Shown: positions 17,667-26,590 of the stretch, piece after piece
How positions within the stretch are numbered: the first letter of the stretch is position 1
Layout of the letters: each line of letters starts with the position of its first letter
DNA from: a virus
Taxonomy: Duplodnaviria; Caudoviricetes
IMG/VR virus record: IMGVR_UViG_3300037755_000538
Span: 1-32,135 of that record
Direction: 5' to 3' (one strand)
Length of the DNA stretch: 32,135 nt
Made by a program: the position numbers and the translations under genes
The notes under the pieces: model-generated
The model's database searches: none
The model's input: only the letters and a program-made list of their open reading frames with translations
Told to the model about the DNA's origin: nothing

Positions 17667-18188
17667 TTAATTTCTGGCTCCAAGAAGCATGCGTGCCAAC
17701 TTGGGGTATTCCTTGTCGAAGCTGGGCTTCATGTAAGGCCGTTTCTCCATGCGAAAATGATCGCCTTTGGAGCTTGTCGCCGCGCCGCCTTTTTCCAAAA
17801 CTTCCGGGGCGTTCGTGGATTTGTTCAAGCTGGCCGGCCCAATCACCACGCTTTTTCGTTGCGGTTCATAGACGAAATAAATGTGCTTTTTCAAAAGCCC
17901 CGTGATGCTGCGAGGCGGTTCGCCGGGATTGGATGGTGCGAGCGGACGCTTAGGCTTTGGCCCCTTGCCGAGTTCGTGGTAGCGCTGCCTGATATGAAAT
18001 CGCTGCCTCTCATCTTTCGTCAATTGCCCTTTGGATTTCTGGCGGGCCTTTCTGATGCTGCTCTTGGCGCTGCGACGAACGAATGCACCGAACCGGGACA
18101 GGCCCTTCGCAGCGTCTTTGTCCATCTTCTCCAGGATTTTTTCGTAGAAGAAGAAGCTTTTCGCTTCATTGATTTTTAGGCCAAGCAT
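17667..18188 (-). CDS. Neck/tail completion protein
   Basis: Basic; PGEPPRSITGLL and KRPYMKPSF motifs. Confidence 0.65.
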   Translation of the reverse strand: MLGLKINEAKSFFFYEKILEKMDKDAAKGLSRFGAFVRRSAKSSIRKARQKSKGQLTKDERQRFHIRQRYHELGKGPKPKRPLAPSNPGEPPRSITGLLKKHIYFVYEPQRKSVVIGPASLNKSTNAPEVLEKGGAATSSKGDHFRMEKRPYMKPSFDKEYPKLARMLLGARN

Positions 18189-18662
18189 TTAATCCAACAG
18201 GATGAACGGAAACGAAACAACCGAGGCAAACATCCCCGTGTAAATGACGTTGTCTCCCTGTTTTGATCGGTCCAATGCGTCCATGTCGAACCGCAAGCGA
18301 AACTCCCAGCCCTGATTCACGAATTGCCGATTGTCCGGGTCGGCAAGAATGATGTTTTTAAGCTCCAGGAAATCAGTGATCTCCATCACGAAATCCGCCA
18401 GCGAATCCAGTTCCGCTCTCGTTTTCGCAACCAACCTTTGAGCCACGCCCACGGCAATCGGGTAGGACTTCAGTAGCCGGCGGCGCTCGTGGGGTTGCGC
18501 CGTCGGCTCATCAGGCCACACCGCAACCTGAACGGTTTGAAGCTCGGATTTATGGTCCCAATCCGGGACATAGACTCTTTCCGCCGTGAACGGTTTGGAA
18601 AATTCTTCGGCTGTCAGTTTGGCCGCGATGTCATCCGCCAAGGCGATGTCGGGCGATGTCAT
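18189..18662 (-). CDS. Probable tail terminator/neck protein
   Basis: Position and size. Confidence 0.55.
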   Translation of the reverse strand: MTSPDIALADDIAAKLTAEEFSKPFTAERVYVPDWDHKSELQTVQVAVWPDEPTAQPHERRRLLKSYPIAVGVAQRLVAKTRAELDSLADFVMEITDFLELKNIILADPDNRQFVNQGWEFRLRFDMDALDRSKQGDNVIYTGMFASVVSFPFILLD

Positions 18663-19024
18663 TCGGCCTCCACTGTATGGACTCGGATCATGTTGCGGTG
18701 CGGGTCGCTGTAACGCCAGGCCGGTTCATCCCCGCCGGGACTCAGCACTTCAAACAACCGCTTTTCTCCGAGGTAATCAGTCTCGATAAAGTCCCCCGCG
18801 CTTGGTTCGTGGAAAACCGCATGGATACTGGATGCCGGGAATAAAAAATCCACCACGCGATGCTCGTTGCTGATGTCGTCCGCCCGCCTGCGCGTGAACT
18901 CCGAATCTCCCACGGTCACCTGGATGGGCAGGCATTGCTGGCCGCGCTGATAGAAAGCCGCCTGGCTGGCAAAGCCCTGGAGCTTGCCAGACAGCCAGGC
19001 GGAGCCTTTTGACATCATATTCAT
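18659..19024 (-). CDS. Probable head-tail joining protein
   Basis: EPSAGDFI...FEVLSPGGDEPAWRYSD...IRVHT; position. Confidence 0.6.
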   Translation of the reverse strand: MNMMSKGSAWLSGKLQGFASQAAFYQRGQQCLPIQVTVGDSEFTRRRADDISNEHRVVDFLFPASSIHAVFHEPSAGDFIETDYLGEKRLFEVLSPGGDEPAWRYSDPHRNMIRVHTVEAE

Positions 19025-19035
19025 GGCGCGAAGCC

Positions 19036-19380
19036 TTAAACGTAGGGCTTATGCAGCACATCGCAGACGGAGTTGGCTCCGCCCTCGCCCCGGCTCACCA
19101 CGAATCCGAAGGTGCTCATATTGGTTGATGTCGTGGTGACCTTGTCGCCATCCCAGTACACCTTGTCACCATCCGCCGCGTTGTCGAGGTTGATGCACTC
19201 ATACACGCCGCCGCCGGCGGCCAGCGCTCCAACGGCTGCGTTGGCGATGGGTACGTGGGCGATGCCGTTGGTCCAACCGGCCAAGTTGCCCAACAAAACC
19301 ACATCGCCGGCGGCGACATCCGCGCCGGGGGTGTAATCGACCATCACCGGGTCGCCATGACGAAAAGTTGCTTCGGGCAT
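19036..19380 (-). CDS. Capsid decoration/cement protein (DUF2190-like)
   Basis: VDYTPGADVAAGDVV...GDKVYWD pattern. Confidence 0.8.
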   Translation of the reverse strand: MPEATFRHGDPVMVDYTPGADVAAGDVVLLGNLAGWTNGIAHVPIANAAVGALAAGGGVYECINLDNAADGDKVYWDGDKVTTTSTNMSTFGFVVSRGEGGANSVCDVLHKPYV

Positions 19381-19383
19381 TTT

Positions 19384-20664
19384 TCAGACCTCCAAGGGAA
19401 AGGCAGCCGGTGGCTTGACCACGGCCAGCGATTGAGTTTGTGAAAGAATCTCGCCGCCATCGGCGAGCAATTCGTTGACTGCGGAAACCACGCCAGGATC
19501 GAAAGGGCGGTAGTCGTGAAACGCAATGAGTCCATCGGGGGCCAAGTGTCGGAGGGCGCAAACAATATCCGCTTGGACGCTTTCCTCATCGTGGGCGCCG
19601 TCGATGAATACACGTTCAAATTGTTGCAAACTATGGAAATCTTCGGATAGCCCGCGAATGACATCGACGTTTTGGCAACCGTAACGCTCCAGGTTCCGCT
19701 TCATTTCCTCAAAGGTGTCCCGAGGTCTTGGCGTGCCCCGCCCATCGTGAGGATCGATCGAAGTCACGTGCGCGGCAGTGCGGGCCAGGCAGATTGTGGA
19801 CCGACCGCAGTAAGAGCCGATTTCTAAAACAGACTTACCCCGCGCGAGATCAGCCAAGGCTGCCCCCTCTTCGGGAGTCAGCCAGCCGTCCACATCGGAG
19901 GGAAATCCGGTAGCGGGGATTTGGCTTTCGGGAACATAAACCGAATCCACCGGATCGCCCCAGGGGTGGCCATTGGAAAAGCCAATCTCACCCCGGTGGT
20001 GGAGTTGAATTTTTCGCGTGGCCCCGATCTTCAATTTCAATTCATGGCACAACCGGGAGAAATACCAATCCTCCGGCTCGACTTGAGCCAAGTAGCGATC
20101 AAGGTTTTTATCGAACACGATTCGGTCATTGATCGTGAAGTGAACCTTGCGTGCCCAATCACCGAACCGGCAAACCCATAGGCCGGTGTTGAGTAAAAGC
20201 GGATGGCCCACATCCTCAGAGGTAAAAGTTTCCGGCAGGGAATAGACTTCGCTCATGGTCAATCGGCAGAGCGGAGACCATGTGTCCCCCGCGCGGTCTA
20301 GCGCCAAGCTGGTGAGACCCTTCGGATCCTTGATGGGGACGGCTACGCCTAACACATCCAGATCGTGAGCTTCCATTTCCTCAATCAGCGTATCGAGCCA
20401 CCAATCTTGAGGCTCGATGTCGGCGTGCTGCATCGCGAAATAATCCACCGGCTGACCGCGGTGCACCATGTTGAGTGCTGCGGTCCATAGCCGATTGAAA
20501 TTCTGGGCGAGCAATGAACCGGAGTTGGACTGGTAGGTGACGTGGGAATCCGGCTGCCTGGTTGATCTCCAGAATCCCCGACCGGCACCAGCCGTTTGCT
20601 GGCCGTAGCCGGGCATTCCCAGGAAAATGTAAGAGGGCTTCAAAAAGTAAGGGGATTTTTCCAC
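19384..20664 (-). CDS. Glycosyltransferase-like domain fused to class I SAM-dependent methyltransferase
   Basis: N-terminal YFAMQHADIEP...LNTGLW...EDWYFSR; C-terminal VLEIGSYCGRST, VFIDGAH, GLIAFHDY. Confidence 0.8.
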   Translation of the reverse strand: MEKSPYFLKPSYIFLGMPGYGQQTAGAGRGFWRSTRQPDSHVTYQSNSGSLLAQNFNRLWTAALNMVHRGQPVDYFAMQHADIEPQDWWLDTLIEEMEAHDLDVLGVAVPIKDPKGLTSLALDRAGDTWSPLCRLTMSEVYSLPETFTSEDVGHPLLLNTGLWVCRFGDWARKVHFTINDRIVFDKNLDRYLAQVEPEDWYFSRLCHELKLKIGATRKIQLHHRGEIGFSNGHPWGDPVDSVYVPESQIPATGFPSDVDGWLTPEEGAALADLARGKSVLEIGSYCGRSTICLARTAAHVTSIDPHDGRGTPRPRDTFEEMKRNLERYGCQNVDVIRGLSEDFHSLQQFERVFIDGAHDEESVQADIVCALRHLAPDGLIAFHDYRPFDPGVVSAVNELLADGGEILSQTQSLAVVKPPAAFPLEV

Positions 20665-20669
20665 GATTA

Positions 20670-20882
20670 CTACTTCCGCTTGGGTTCCTTGGTGTCCACG
20701 TCTTTAGGGATGGCTTCCAGCGTTGCGGGAAATTTCACTTCCGCTTTCCCCTCTTCCGTGACAGTGGACACCAGCCCCTTTTTGACCCATTCTTCAGCCT
20801 GGGCGTTACTGACTTCCAGGACATCCCCTTCTTTGCGGTCGGGAATATGCGGCGTGTTTCTTTCGATTTTGACTTTTCGCAC
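20670..20882 (-). CDS. Small head-region protein
   Basis: 70 aa directly after the capsid gene. Confidence 0.6.
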   Translation of the reverse strand: MRKVKIERNTPHIPDRKEGDVLEVSNAQAEEWVKKGLVSTVTEEGKAEVKFPATLEAIPKDVDTKEPKRK

Positions 20883-20915
20883 GGCTATTCACCCTTTCAA
20901 GTTGAGCGTGAAAAC

Positions 20916-22436
20916 TTAGCTGCCGGCGCTGCGGACGCCGCCGCGCGGCTCTTGTTTCCGGACGCCGAAATCGTGATAGGCCCGCGTCTGAATGCCGAGC
21001 GTGTTGAAATCGGCATCGGCGCTTTCCACCGTGGGCATTTCCTGACCGTTCAGGAAAACCACCTCGATCACTGGCATATCGGCAGGGTCCGCCAGTAGAT
21101 ACCAGGCGGCAGCCGAGTTGCCAGTGAAGGTGGAGTTTTCCATGTACGGAGAAGACGCCACCCGGTAACGCCCTTGATAGACATTAACATTCGGCTGGGT
21201 GGTATCCGCTCCGGTCACGATCAATTGACCGCCCATCCAGCGGGTTGCCGTATTGAGCAGAGTAGGCGGAGCCAGCAAAATCGAAGGCTGAATCCCCAGC
21301 GGTTTTCCGTCGGGGTCCGTCTGGTTCATGAAAATCACTTCCGCCGCGTTGATGGCCGCACCATCCGCCGTGCCCAACGCGCTGCCCGCGCCAGTGCTGA
21401 CGTTGCTGTTGCCGCTGGCGAAGAAAGAAGCGTTGTCCAGGAACTCCGTCCAGAAAACGGAATTGATCTTTTTCGATCCGCCGCGTCCGAGTTTTTGGGG
21501 AACCCGCTGGAACGCGCCCACGTCATCGTTAATGATGTCCGTCCGGGTGATGGCAAGCATCTTCCCGTAGGTGTCCGCCCGGTTTCCATACGTGGTTTCG
21601 CCAAGCGTTCCGTGCTTGATTTCGCCCGTGGGACCGATGGCTTCATATTCCAGATCGCCCGTGAGTGAATAGCTGGAAATTTCGCGGAAGTCCCGAACCG
21701 GGCTGATGGCGGAGATCAATCGCCAAGTGGGATCCACCGCGTTGAAGTAGTCCACCAGCATCTTGTTCATGACATCCGAGAGGATGCCGGGGAGCGAAAT
21801 CGTACTGAACCCCCCGGCGCGGATTGTTAGCCCCTCGGAGGTTCTGCCGAACGCCGCTTCCAAGAGCCGGCGGGTGTTTGCCGCACTGTCGATATGCTCG
21901 CCATTGGCGGCAGCCGCCCGGAACAATAGTTGTTGAAGGCCGATTCCGTACCGGAAATACTTGTCGGTGGCGTCCAGCGTTTTGGAGTCGAAGACTTTCT
22001 CCAAGGATCGCATCTTGAGCGTCTTGCAGATCGCCGCCGTGATGACGCTGTTGCCGATGTCCTTGCTGTTCGCGGGGCGCACAGGGCTGGGACCGATCGG
22101 ACGCATGGCCCGCAGCAAAGCCAGTTCAAAGCCCCTGGCGTCCACGGTCTTGTCCTTATGGGCCGCATTGACGATGTTTTCAATCGTCTCCAGTTGCGTG
22201 GGGTATTCACGGATGGCGTCAGCCGCCAGCTTGTCGATTTCTTCGATACGGGCTTTTTCTTGTCGCTCGGCTTGCAGCGTTTTCAGGAAGTCCGCCCCGT
22301 GGGGGGATTCCGGCGGCTTTTGTTCCGCCTCGAACTGAGCCTTCAATTTTTTGACGGCTTTTTCCGAGAGTGCTTCCACGTCTTCACCTTCTTCGATGAA
22401 GTCGTTGGCGATCAACCATTTGGTGAAATCGTCCAT
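20916..22436 (-). CDS. Major capsid protein (Mu gpT-like) with N-terminal scaffold-like region
   Basis: TYGKMLAITRTDIINDD, AWYLLADP, IEVVFLNG, HDFGV motifs; own AAGGA RBS. Confidence 0.88.
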   Translation of the reverse strand: MDDFTKWLIANDFIEEGEDVEALSEKAVKKLKAQFEAEQKPPESPHGADFLKTLQAERQEKARIEEIDKLAADAIREYPTQLETIENIVNAAHKDKTVDARGFELALLRAMRPIGPSPVRPANSKDIGNSVITAAICKTLKMRSLEKVFDSKTLDATDKYFRYGIGLQQLLFRAAAANGEHIDSAANTRRLLEAAFGRTSEGLTIRAGGFSTISLPGILSDVMNKMLVDYFNAVDPTWRLISAISPVRDFREISSYSLTGDLEYEAIGPTGEIKHGTLGETTYGNRADTYGKMLAITRTDIINDDVGAFQRVPQKLGRGGSKKINSVFWTEFLDNASFFASGNSNVSTGAGSALGTADGAAINAAEVIFMNQTDPDGKPLGIQPSILLAPPTLLNTATRWMGGQLIVTGADTTQPNVNVYQGRYRVASSPYMENSTFTGNSAAAWYLLADPADMPVIEVVFLNGQEMPTVESADADFNTLGIQTRAYHDFGVRKQEPRGGVRSAGS

Positions 22437-22486
22437 AGCGGGTTTCCTTTTTGTTTGCCGCTGCTAGCGACGTGGCTGGGATAGTT

Positions 22487-23083
22487 TCAAATTCCTCGAC
22501 GCTCGCGCCGCTGGAATCCCTTTTTCGTTTTGCCGCTGGCGGCAATCGTGGTTTTGGTTTTCCGGTCGGCGCCCAGGGCGACAACCGAGATTTCGTAAAC
22601 CGTGCTTTTGCGGGCCACCAACACGGGGCCTGCGACCGTCTTCCCGTTGACCTTGATTTTCTCGCCTTCCTTGACGGACTCGAACTCTTCGACGCTCGCC
22701 CCAATGGAGGCTTGCCAGGGGAAGCCTCGCTTGGCGGAAGTCACCACATCGCGGCTGTGTTCGTTGTCGGCGCTGATTATCCCGCTGGCCGTGATGTCGG
22801 TTGCCGAGATTATCGCTTCACCGTGGCCGACCACCTTTTCTCGATCATGTTCGCGGAAGATTGGAATCTGCTTGTTGGCGACCTTAACGCCCCCGAGGTC
22901 AACAATCACCGGGCGAAAGAACCCAGAGACCTCCATTGCCCCGCCGGTGTAGGCGGTCATCCTGAATGTCGGGATTTTCTCACCGCCTTCGGCGGCTTCA
23001 ATCGCCCCCCACTCCAGGGATGCCGTGAGTTGCAGTTTTTCCGGTTCGTTGCTGACGGCCGCCAAAAGATCAAGCTGTTTCAT
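22487..23083 (-). CDS. Prohead maturation protease
   Basis: AYTGG, PIFREHD, GFPWQASIGA, EISVVALGAD motifs. Confidence 0.82.
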   Translation of the reverse strand: MKQLDLLAAVSNEPEKLQLTASLEWGAIEAAEGGEKIPTFRMTAYTGGAMEVSGFFRPVIVDLGGVKVANKQIPIFREHDREKVVGHGEAIISATDITASGIISADNEHSRDVVTSAKRGFPWQASIGASVEEFESVKEGEKIKVNGKTVAGPVLVARKSTVYEISVVALGADRKTKTTIAASGKTKKGFQRRERRGI

Positions 23084-24588
23084 TGTGAATCCTCATCTTC
23101 CGTGTCGTCGTCGTCCTCATCATCGTCTTCATCATCGGGAGTTGCCGGTTGAGTCGCGGGGGCGGATGGGTATCGTTTTTCGAGTTTGCGCTTTCGCAAC
23201 TCCACCACTGTGATTCCAAGTTCTTTGGCCACTTGCCGCTGCTGATCTTCCCAATCGCGGCCGTTCTTCGCCTGATAATCGGCTTCGCTCATCAAGCCTT
23301 CGGAAATCAAAGTCGTCGCGGCATCGGCTTCTTTTTTGGGATCGACGTGTTCGTGCCCATCCCATCGCCATTCGTGCGAAGGCGGTTCGCGGACATCGCG
23401 GAACTGCGGAAGAAGCACATTCTCAACCCGCCGAGCTTCATCCCACCATGCAAGAAAGATGCGTTCCAAGCACACGGAATCGGTGAAGATGCGATCCACG
23501 CGAATGGATTTGAAATAGGTCTGGTGATCTAAGCGACCGGAGGCGTAGTTGTAGCCCGAAGAATCCCCGGCGGCGATGTTGTACGGCATTCCAAGACACC
23601 GCGCGATTTCATTGATGATCTCGCGCTTGAACATCCCGTAGGTCGTCGCCGGCTGCTCGGCTTTCATCTGGAACGGAGTCCAGCCTTTTGGCAAGGTCAT
23701 CGCCGAGCGGCGTTCCAGGTCGAACAAGTCCAATGGTTCCAGGTCGTCCGGATCTTCCGGGGCGGCTTGCGTATGAAGTAAAATCGCCAGGTCCGCTGCT
23801 GTCTCCGCCGCCGCGATCACCGCCAGCGTGTACCGCCGGAGTTGAGAATAGAGTGGCAGGGCCGGCATGATTTCCGGTATTCCCCGCTGTTGACCGGGCC
23901 GCTCGGGGCGATAGTAATGGATCATGTTTCGCGCGGGAATGGTGTCGTAGTCCCCCACGAAATTGATGAACGTACCCAAGTCGCCGGGATGCTGCTTCAA
24001 GAGCGTGTAGGCCAGCGGGTTGCCGAAATCATCGTAGATAATCCCGTCCGACATATTGGGATCGGTGAGACTTACCCACGGGCGGGCCACCTGATCGGCT
24101 TCGTAAAGTTTCAGGTCGAGTTTGACGGGATTTCTCAGCATTCCATTGGTCGTCAAGAGCGCGAACGATTCCCCATCCACGGTGCGGGCAATCCGCATGA
24201 TGGCGAGCTTCTGGCCGAGGCCCACAGCTTGCGACCATTTCCAAAATTCCGTTTCGATTTGGGTGTCAGTATCGTTATCGCCGCTTTGCATTTGAAGCTG
24301 CGGACCAGTGCCGATCACGTCACAGGCTAGCGTGCGGACCATGCCGGCGGCGTAGCTGTTGTTCGCAACTTCATAGCGGGCACGATTGCGAAGTACGCGG
24401 CGAATGTCGGGGGCGTTGGCCGCGGCTGCCGAGAGCGAATCGGATTCCGCCCAATGGCGTTCATTGTCGCGGACGGTTTGGGCCGCATCATATCTTGCTC
24501 GAATCCGCCGGGAGACCGTCTGTCGAAGCGAATCCCTGCCGGATTCCTTCTTAATTGGCGATCCCTTGTGGTCGAGTAATTGCGTCAT
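23080..24588 (-). CDS. Portal protein, lambda family
   Basis: ARYDAA, LRNRARYEVANNSY, RPGQQRGIP, NYASGRLD, HVDPKKEA. Confidence 0.93.
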   Translation of the reverse strand: MTQLLDHKGSPIKKESGRDSLRQTVSRRIRARYDAAQTVRDNERHWAESDSLSAAAANAPDIRRVLRNRARYEVANNSYAAGMVRTLACDVIGTGPQLQMQSGDNDTDTQIETEFWKWSQAVGLGQKLAIMRIARTVDGESFALLTTNGMLRNPVKLDLKLYEADQVARPWVSLTDPNMSDGIIYDDFGNPLAYTLLKQHPGDLGTFINFVGDYDTIPARNMIHYYRPERPGQQRGIPEIMPALPLYSQLRRYTLAVIAAAETAADLAILLHTQAAPEDPDDLEPLDLFDLERRSAMTLPKGWTPFQMKAEQPATTYGMFKREIINEIARCLGMPYNIAAGDSSGYNYASGRLDHQTYFKSIRVDRIFTDSVCLERIFLAWWDEARRVENVLLPQFRDVREPPSHEWRWDGHEHVDPKKEADAATTLISEGLMSEADYQAKNGRDWEDQQRQVAKELGITVVELRKRKLEKRYPSAPATQPATPDDEDDDEDDDDTEDEDSQ

Positions 24589-24788
24589 CCGAGGGCTCCG
24601 CCGGGGCGGATTCTTGCGATTCGCACGGGAAGTTTTCGGCTCTTCGAGATGTCTGCTTCTCGCAGGTGATTCAATGCGTCGATTTGATCTTTTAGGCTGT
24701 GTTGGCTAACGGTTAAGCCATCGGTCGAGACTTGCTTGGGTCCGCCGGCGTTTTCGCGAATGGCATCAGTGAGATCTTCAAGCGGCAT
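24585..24788 (-). CDS. Head completion/adaptor protein (gpW-like)
   Basis: Small gene coupled to the portal (ATGA overlap); GPKQVSTDGLTVSQHSLKDQI. Confidence 0.7.
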   Translation of the reverse strand: MPLEDLTDAIRENAGGPKQVSTDGLTVSQHSLKDQIDALNHLREADISKSRKLPVRIARIRPGGALG

Positions 24789-24813
24789 TGGCAACCCAGC
24801 CTTTCCTCCAAAC

Positions 24814-24850
24814 AAAAAAGCCGCGCAGGGGTGCAGCCCTGCACGGCTTT
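24814..24850 (-). terminator. Terminator/attenuator-like hairpin ahead of the head operon
   Basis: AAAGCCGTGCAGGG...CCCTGCGCGGCTTTTTT on minus strand. Confidence 0.55.
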
Positions 24851-24952
24851 CCGAAACGTCTCTTATTCAACGGTAAGCTGCGAAAACCTTATAATCAATA
24901 GGTTATGAGGCGAAACTAGTGGATTTGAGGTATCGCGTTACAGGGTATATAC

Positions 24953-24990
24953 AAAACAAAAATGCCGTTGCACAAATAATGTGCAACGGC
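24953..24990 (-). terminator. Intrinsic terminator closing the Cas12f-like cassette
   Basis: Perfect 11-bp stem GCCGTTGCACA/TGTGCAACGGC, then T-rich tail on minus strand. Confidence 0.7.
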
Positions 24991-25042
24991 TAGATCAATG
25001 CCGTTGTGACCCGCCCAGGCGGAGCCCTCGGATAAACCATGC

Positions 25043-25063
25043 CGCTCGCAATCCTCACACGCT
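25043..25063. repeat. 21-bp repeat, copy 2 (CGCTCGCAATCCTCACACGCT)
   Basis: 20/21 identical to 26565-26585; core is the reverse complement of 27104-27114. Confidence 0.85.
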
Positions 25064-25066
25064 TAC

Positions 25067-25381
25067 TTAGCTGTTGTGACCTTGGGGCTCGCAACCCCTA
25101 GTCACAACTCGCTTTAGTCGGCGGCTTGCGAGAGGTCTAGTTTGCTTAGCCCCCCTGCCGCGGTTCCGCCGGAGCACGATTGACGTAACCTCCGTCTCTC
25201 GGGAGATTTCGATGTCACGAGCACTGACGCGGATTTCCGAGTCACCGCAGCCCTCGCACGCATACCGTCGGCACTGGCCACACAGCGGCTGCCTCCCTTC
25301 GCGAATCATCTGCAGGAACCGCGATTTCGTCGGAATCTTGACCGGTTTCTCGCAGATGGCGCAGTCGATTTCACGCAGCAT
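25067..25381 (-). CDS. Possible small zinc-ribbon protein; 3' half may instead be ncRNA
   Basis: CAIC, CGQC, CEGC; overlaps the Cas12f-like stop; GGAG RBS. Confidence 0.45.
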   Translation of the reverse strand: MLREIDCAICEKPVKIPTKSRFLQMIREGRQPLCGQCRRYACEGCGDSEIRVSARDIEISRETEVTSIVLRRNRGRGAKQTRPLASRRLKRVVTRGCEPQGHNS

Positions 25382-26537
25382 CTTTCTTCTCCTTTTCGGC
25401 TTTCACGATTTCTCCGATCTTGAGTTTTTGAATCCTCAGTTCGATGCCGTGTTTCGCCAGTGAGTTTTTCAGGTCGCCAACGAATCGTGTCCAATCCCAG
25501 GTAACACCCGAACGCTCAAACCAGCATTTGGTTTTGGCCGGCCCGGTCGGTTCGCGGAACAGAACAACGCCGGCCTCTTGCCGCTTGGCCTGATTCACCA
25601 CATCCTTGATCATCCGCCGGCGGACTTCATTGACGATGTTCCGTAGTTGCTTCCGGCGAAGCATCACGGCGGCATCAATCTTCTTTCGGCCATGACCTGC
25701 TCCGTTCCGCTGTCGATAACGCCAGCCAATGGCTTTGATCATCGCTTCAATGCGGGCCGTCTGACGCAACAAATAGCGGCCATCCCCAATGAACCACGGG
25801 AGGGGGCGGGACTCCGAGACTATCTGGAAAGGCCGCTCCGGGTCTCCATCCACGCTGGGAATCACCGGGGAAAGCGTCACGATGATTTCCGGGTTGGCTT
25901 CCGGCTGCTCGAATGCCACCGGCAAAAACCAATACCACTCGCCATCCTTTTCGAGCAACTTGCTATCTGCCAGCTTTCGTTTTTCCTGTGAAAGTTCCAA
26001 CAAAATGCGCTTAAAACTCGGGGGCATGTCCCGTAAGGAAATCGTGAGAATCAGAGGTTCCGCCCCGCGCAACAGGCGGGAGACTGTGAGGTTGGATTCA
26101 TCGCCCATCTCCACGGTGCACTGCTTGTTGTGGAGAGGGATTTCCGTAGCCGTGAAAAACGGAGGCCGATCCTCATAGGACAGAATCGCGTCCTTGCGTT
26201 TTGCCCGCCGTCCCTCAACTTCCATTCCCCGCCGCCAGTCTACCTTGCCATTCAGGTAAGCTCCGACTTGTTTGGCGATCATCGAGACGGCAAAGGTTCC
26301 GAGTTCCGGGGCCTTTTCAATGACCGCGTGATAGAGCTTGGTCGATTCGCTCTTGGGCTTGTCTCCGTGCTTGGACTTAATCAGACGCTTGGATTGCCTT
26401 TCGGTTTCCGGCATTCCCCGCTGACGGAGCAGCCAGTTTTCCGCCGCTACATTGCGGGCCTTGCGGCATAGGTCCGCGATGGCTTGCAGGTCCGCTTCGC
26501 TGGCTAGCTTGAACTTTAGGACGATGAAGGATTTCAT
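25371..26537 (-). CDS. Cas12f/TnpB-like protein, predicted nuclease-dead and C-terminally truncated (388 aa)
   Basis: Collinear with Cas12f1 by eye: AILSYEDRPPFF, ADSKLLEKDGEWYWFLPVAFE, GAGHGRKK, DVVNQAKRQEAGVVLFRE, WDWTRFVGDLKNSLAKHGI; RuvC-I GIDLG replaced by VTLSP; no zinc finger or RuvC-III; AGGAG RBS. Confidence 0.78.
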   Translation of the reverse strand: MKSFIVLKFKLASEADLQAIADLCRKARNVAAENWLLRQRGMPETERQSKRLIKSKHGDKPKSESTKLYHAVIEKAPELGTFAVSMIAKQVGAYLNGKVDWRRGMEVEGRRAKRKDAILSYEDRPPFFTATEIPLHNKQCTVEMGDESNLTVSRLLRGAEPLILTISLRDMPPSFKRILLELSQEKRKLADSKLLEKDGEWYWFLPVAFEQPEANPEIIVTLSPVIPSVDGDPERPFQIVSESRPLPWFIGDGRYLLRQTARIEAMIKAIGWRYRQRNGAGHGRKKIDAAVMLRRKQLRNIVNEVRRRMIKDVVNQAKRQEAGVVLFREPTGPAKTKCWFERSGVTWDWTRFVGDLKNSLAKHGIELRIQKLKIGEIVKAEKEKKDAA

Positions 26538-26564
26538 TGTTCTCCTTTTCTTCACGCGCTGGCA

Positions 26565-26585
26565 CGCTCGCCATCCTCACACGCT
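26565..26585. repeat. 21-bp repeat, copy 1 (CGCTCGCCATCCTCACACGCT)
   Basis: Intergenic, just upstream of the Cas12f-like RBS. Confidence 0.85.
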
Positions 26586-26590
26586 CGTGA

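Noticed and set aside
22437-22486. Programmed protease-capsid fusion
   Set aside because: In-frame TAG ten codons before the capsid ATG, and the capsid has its own RBS
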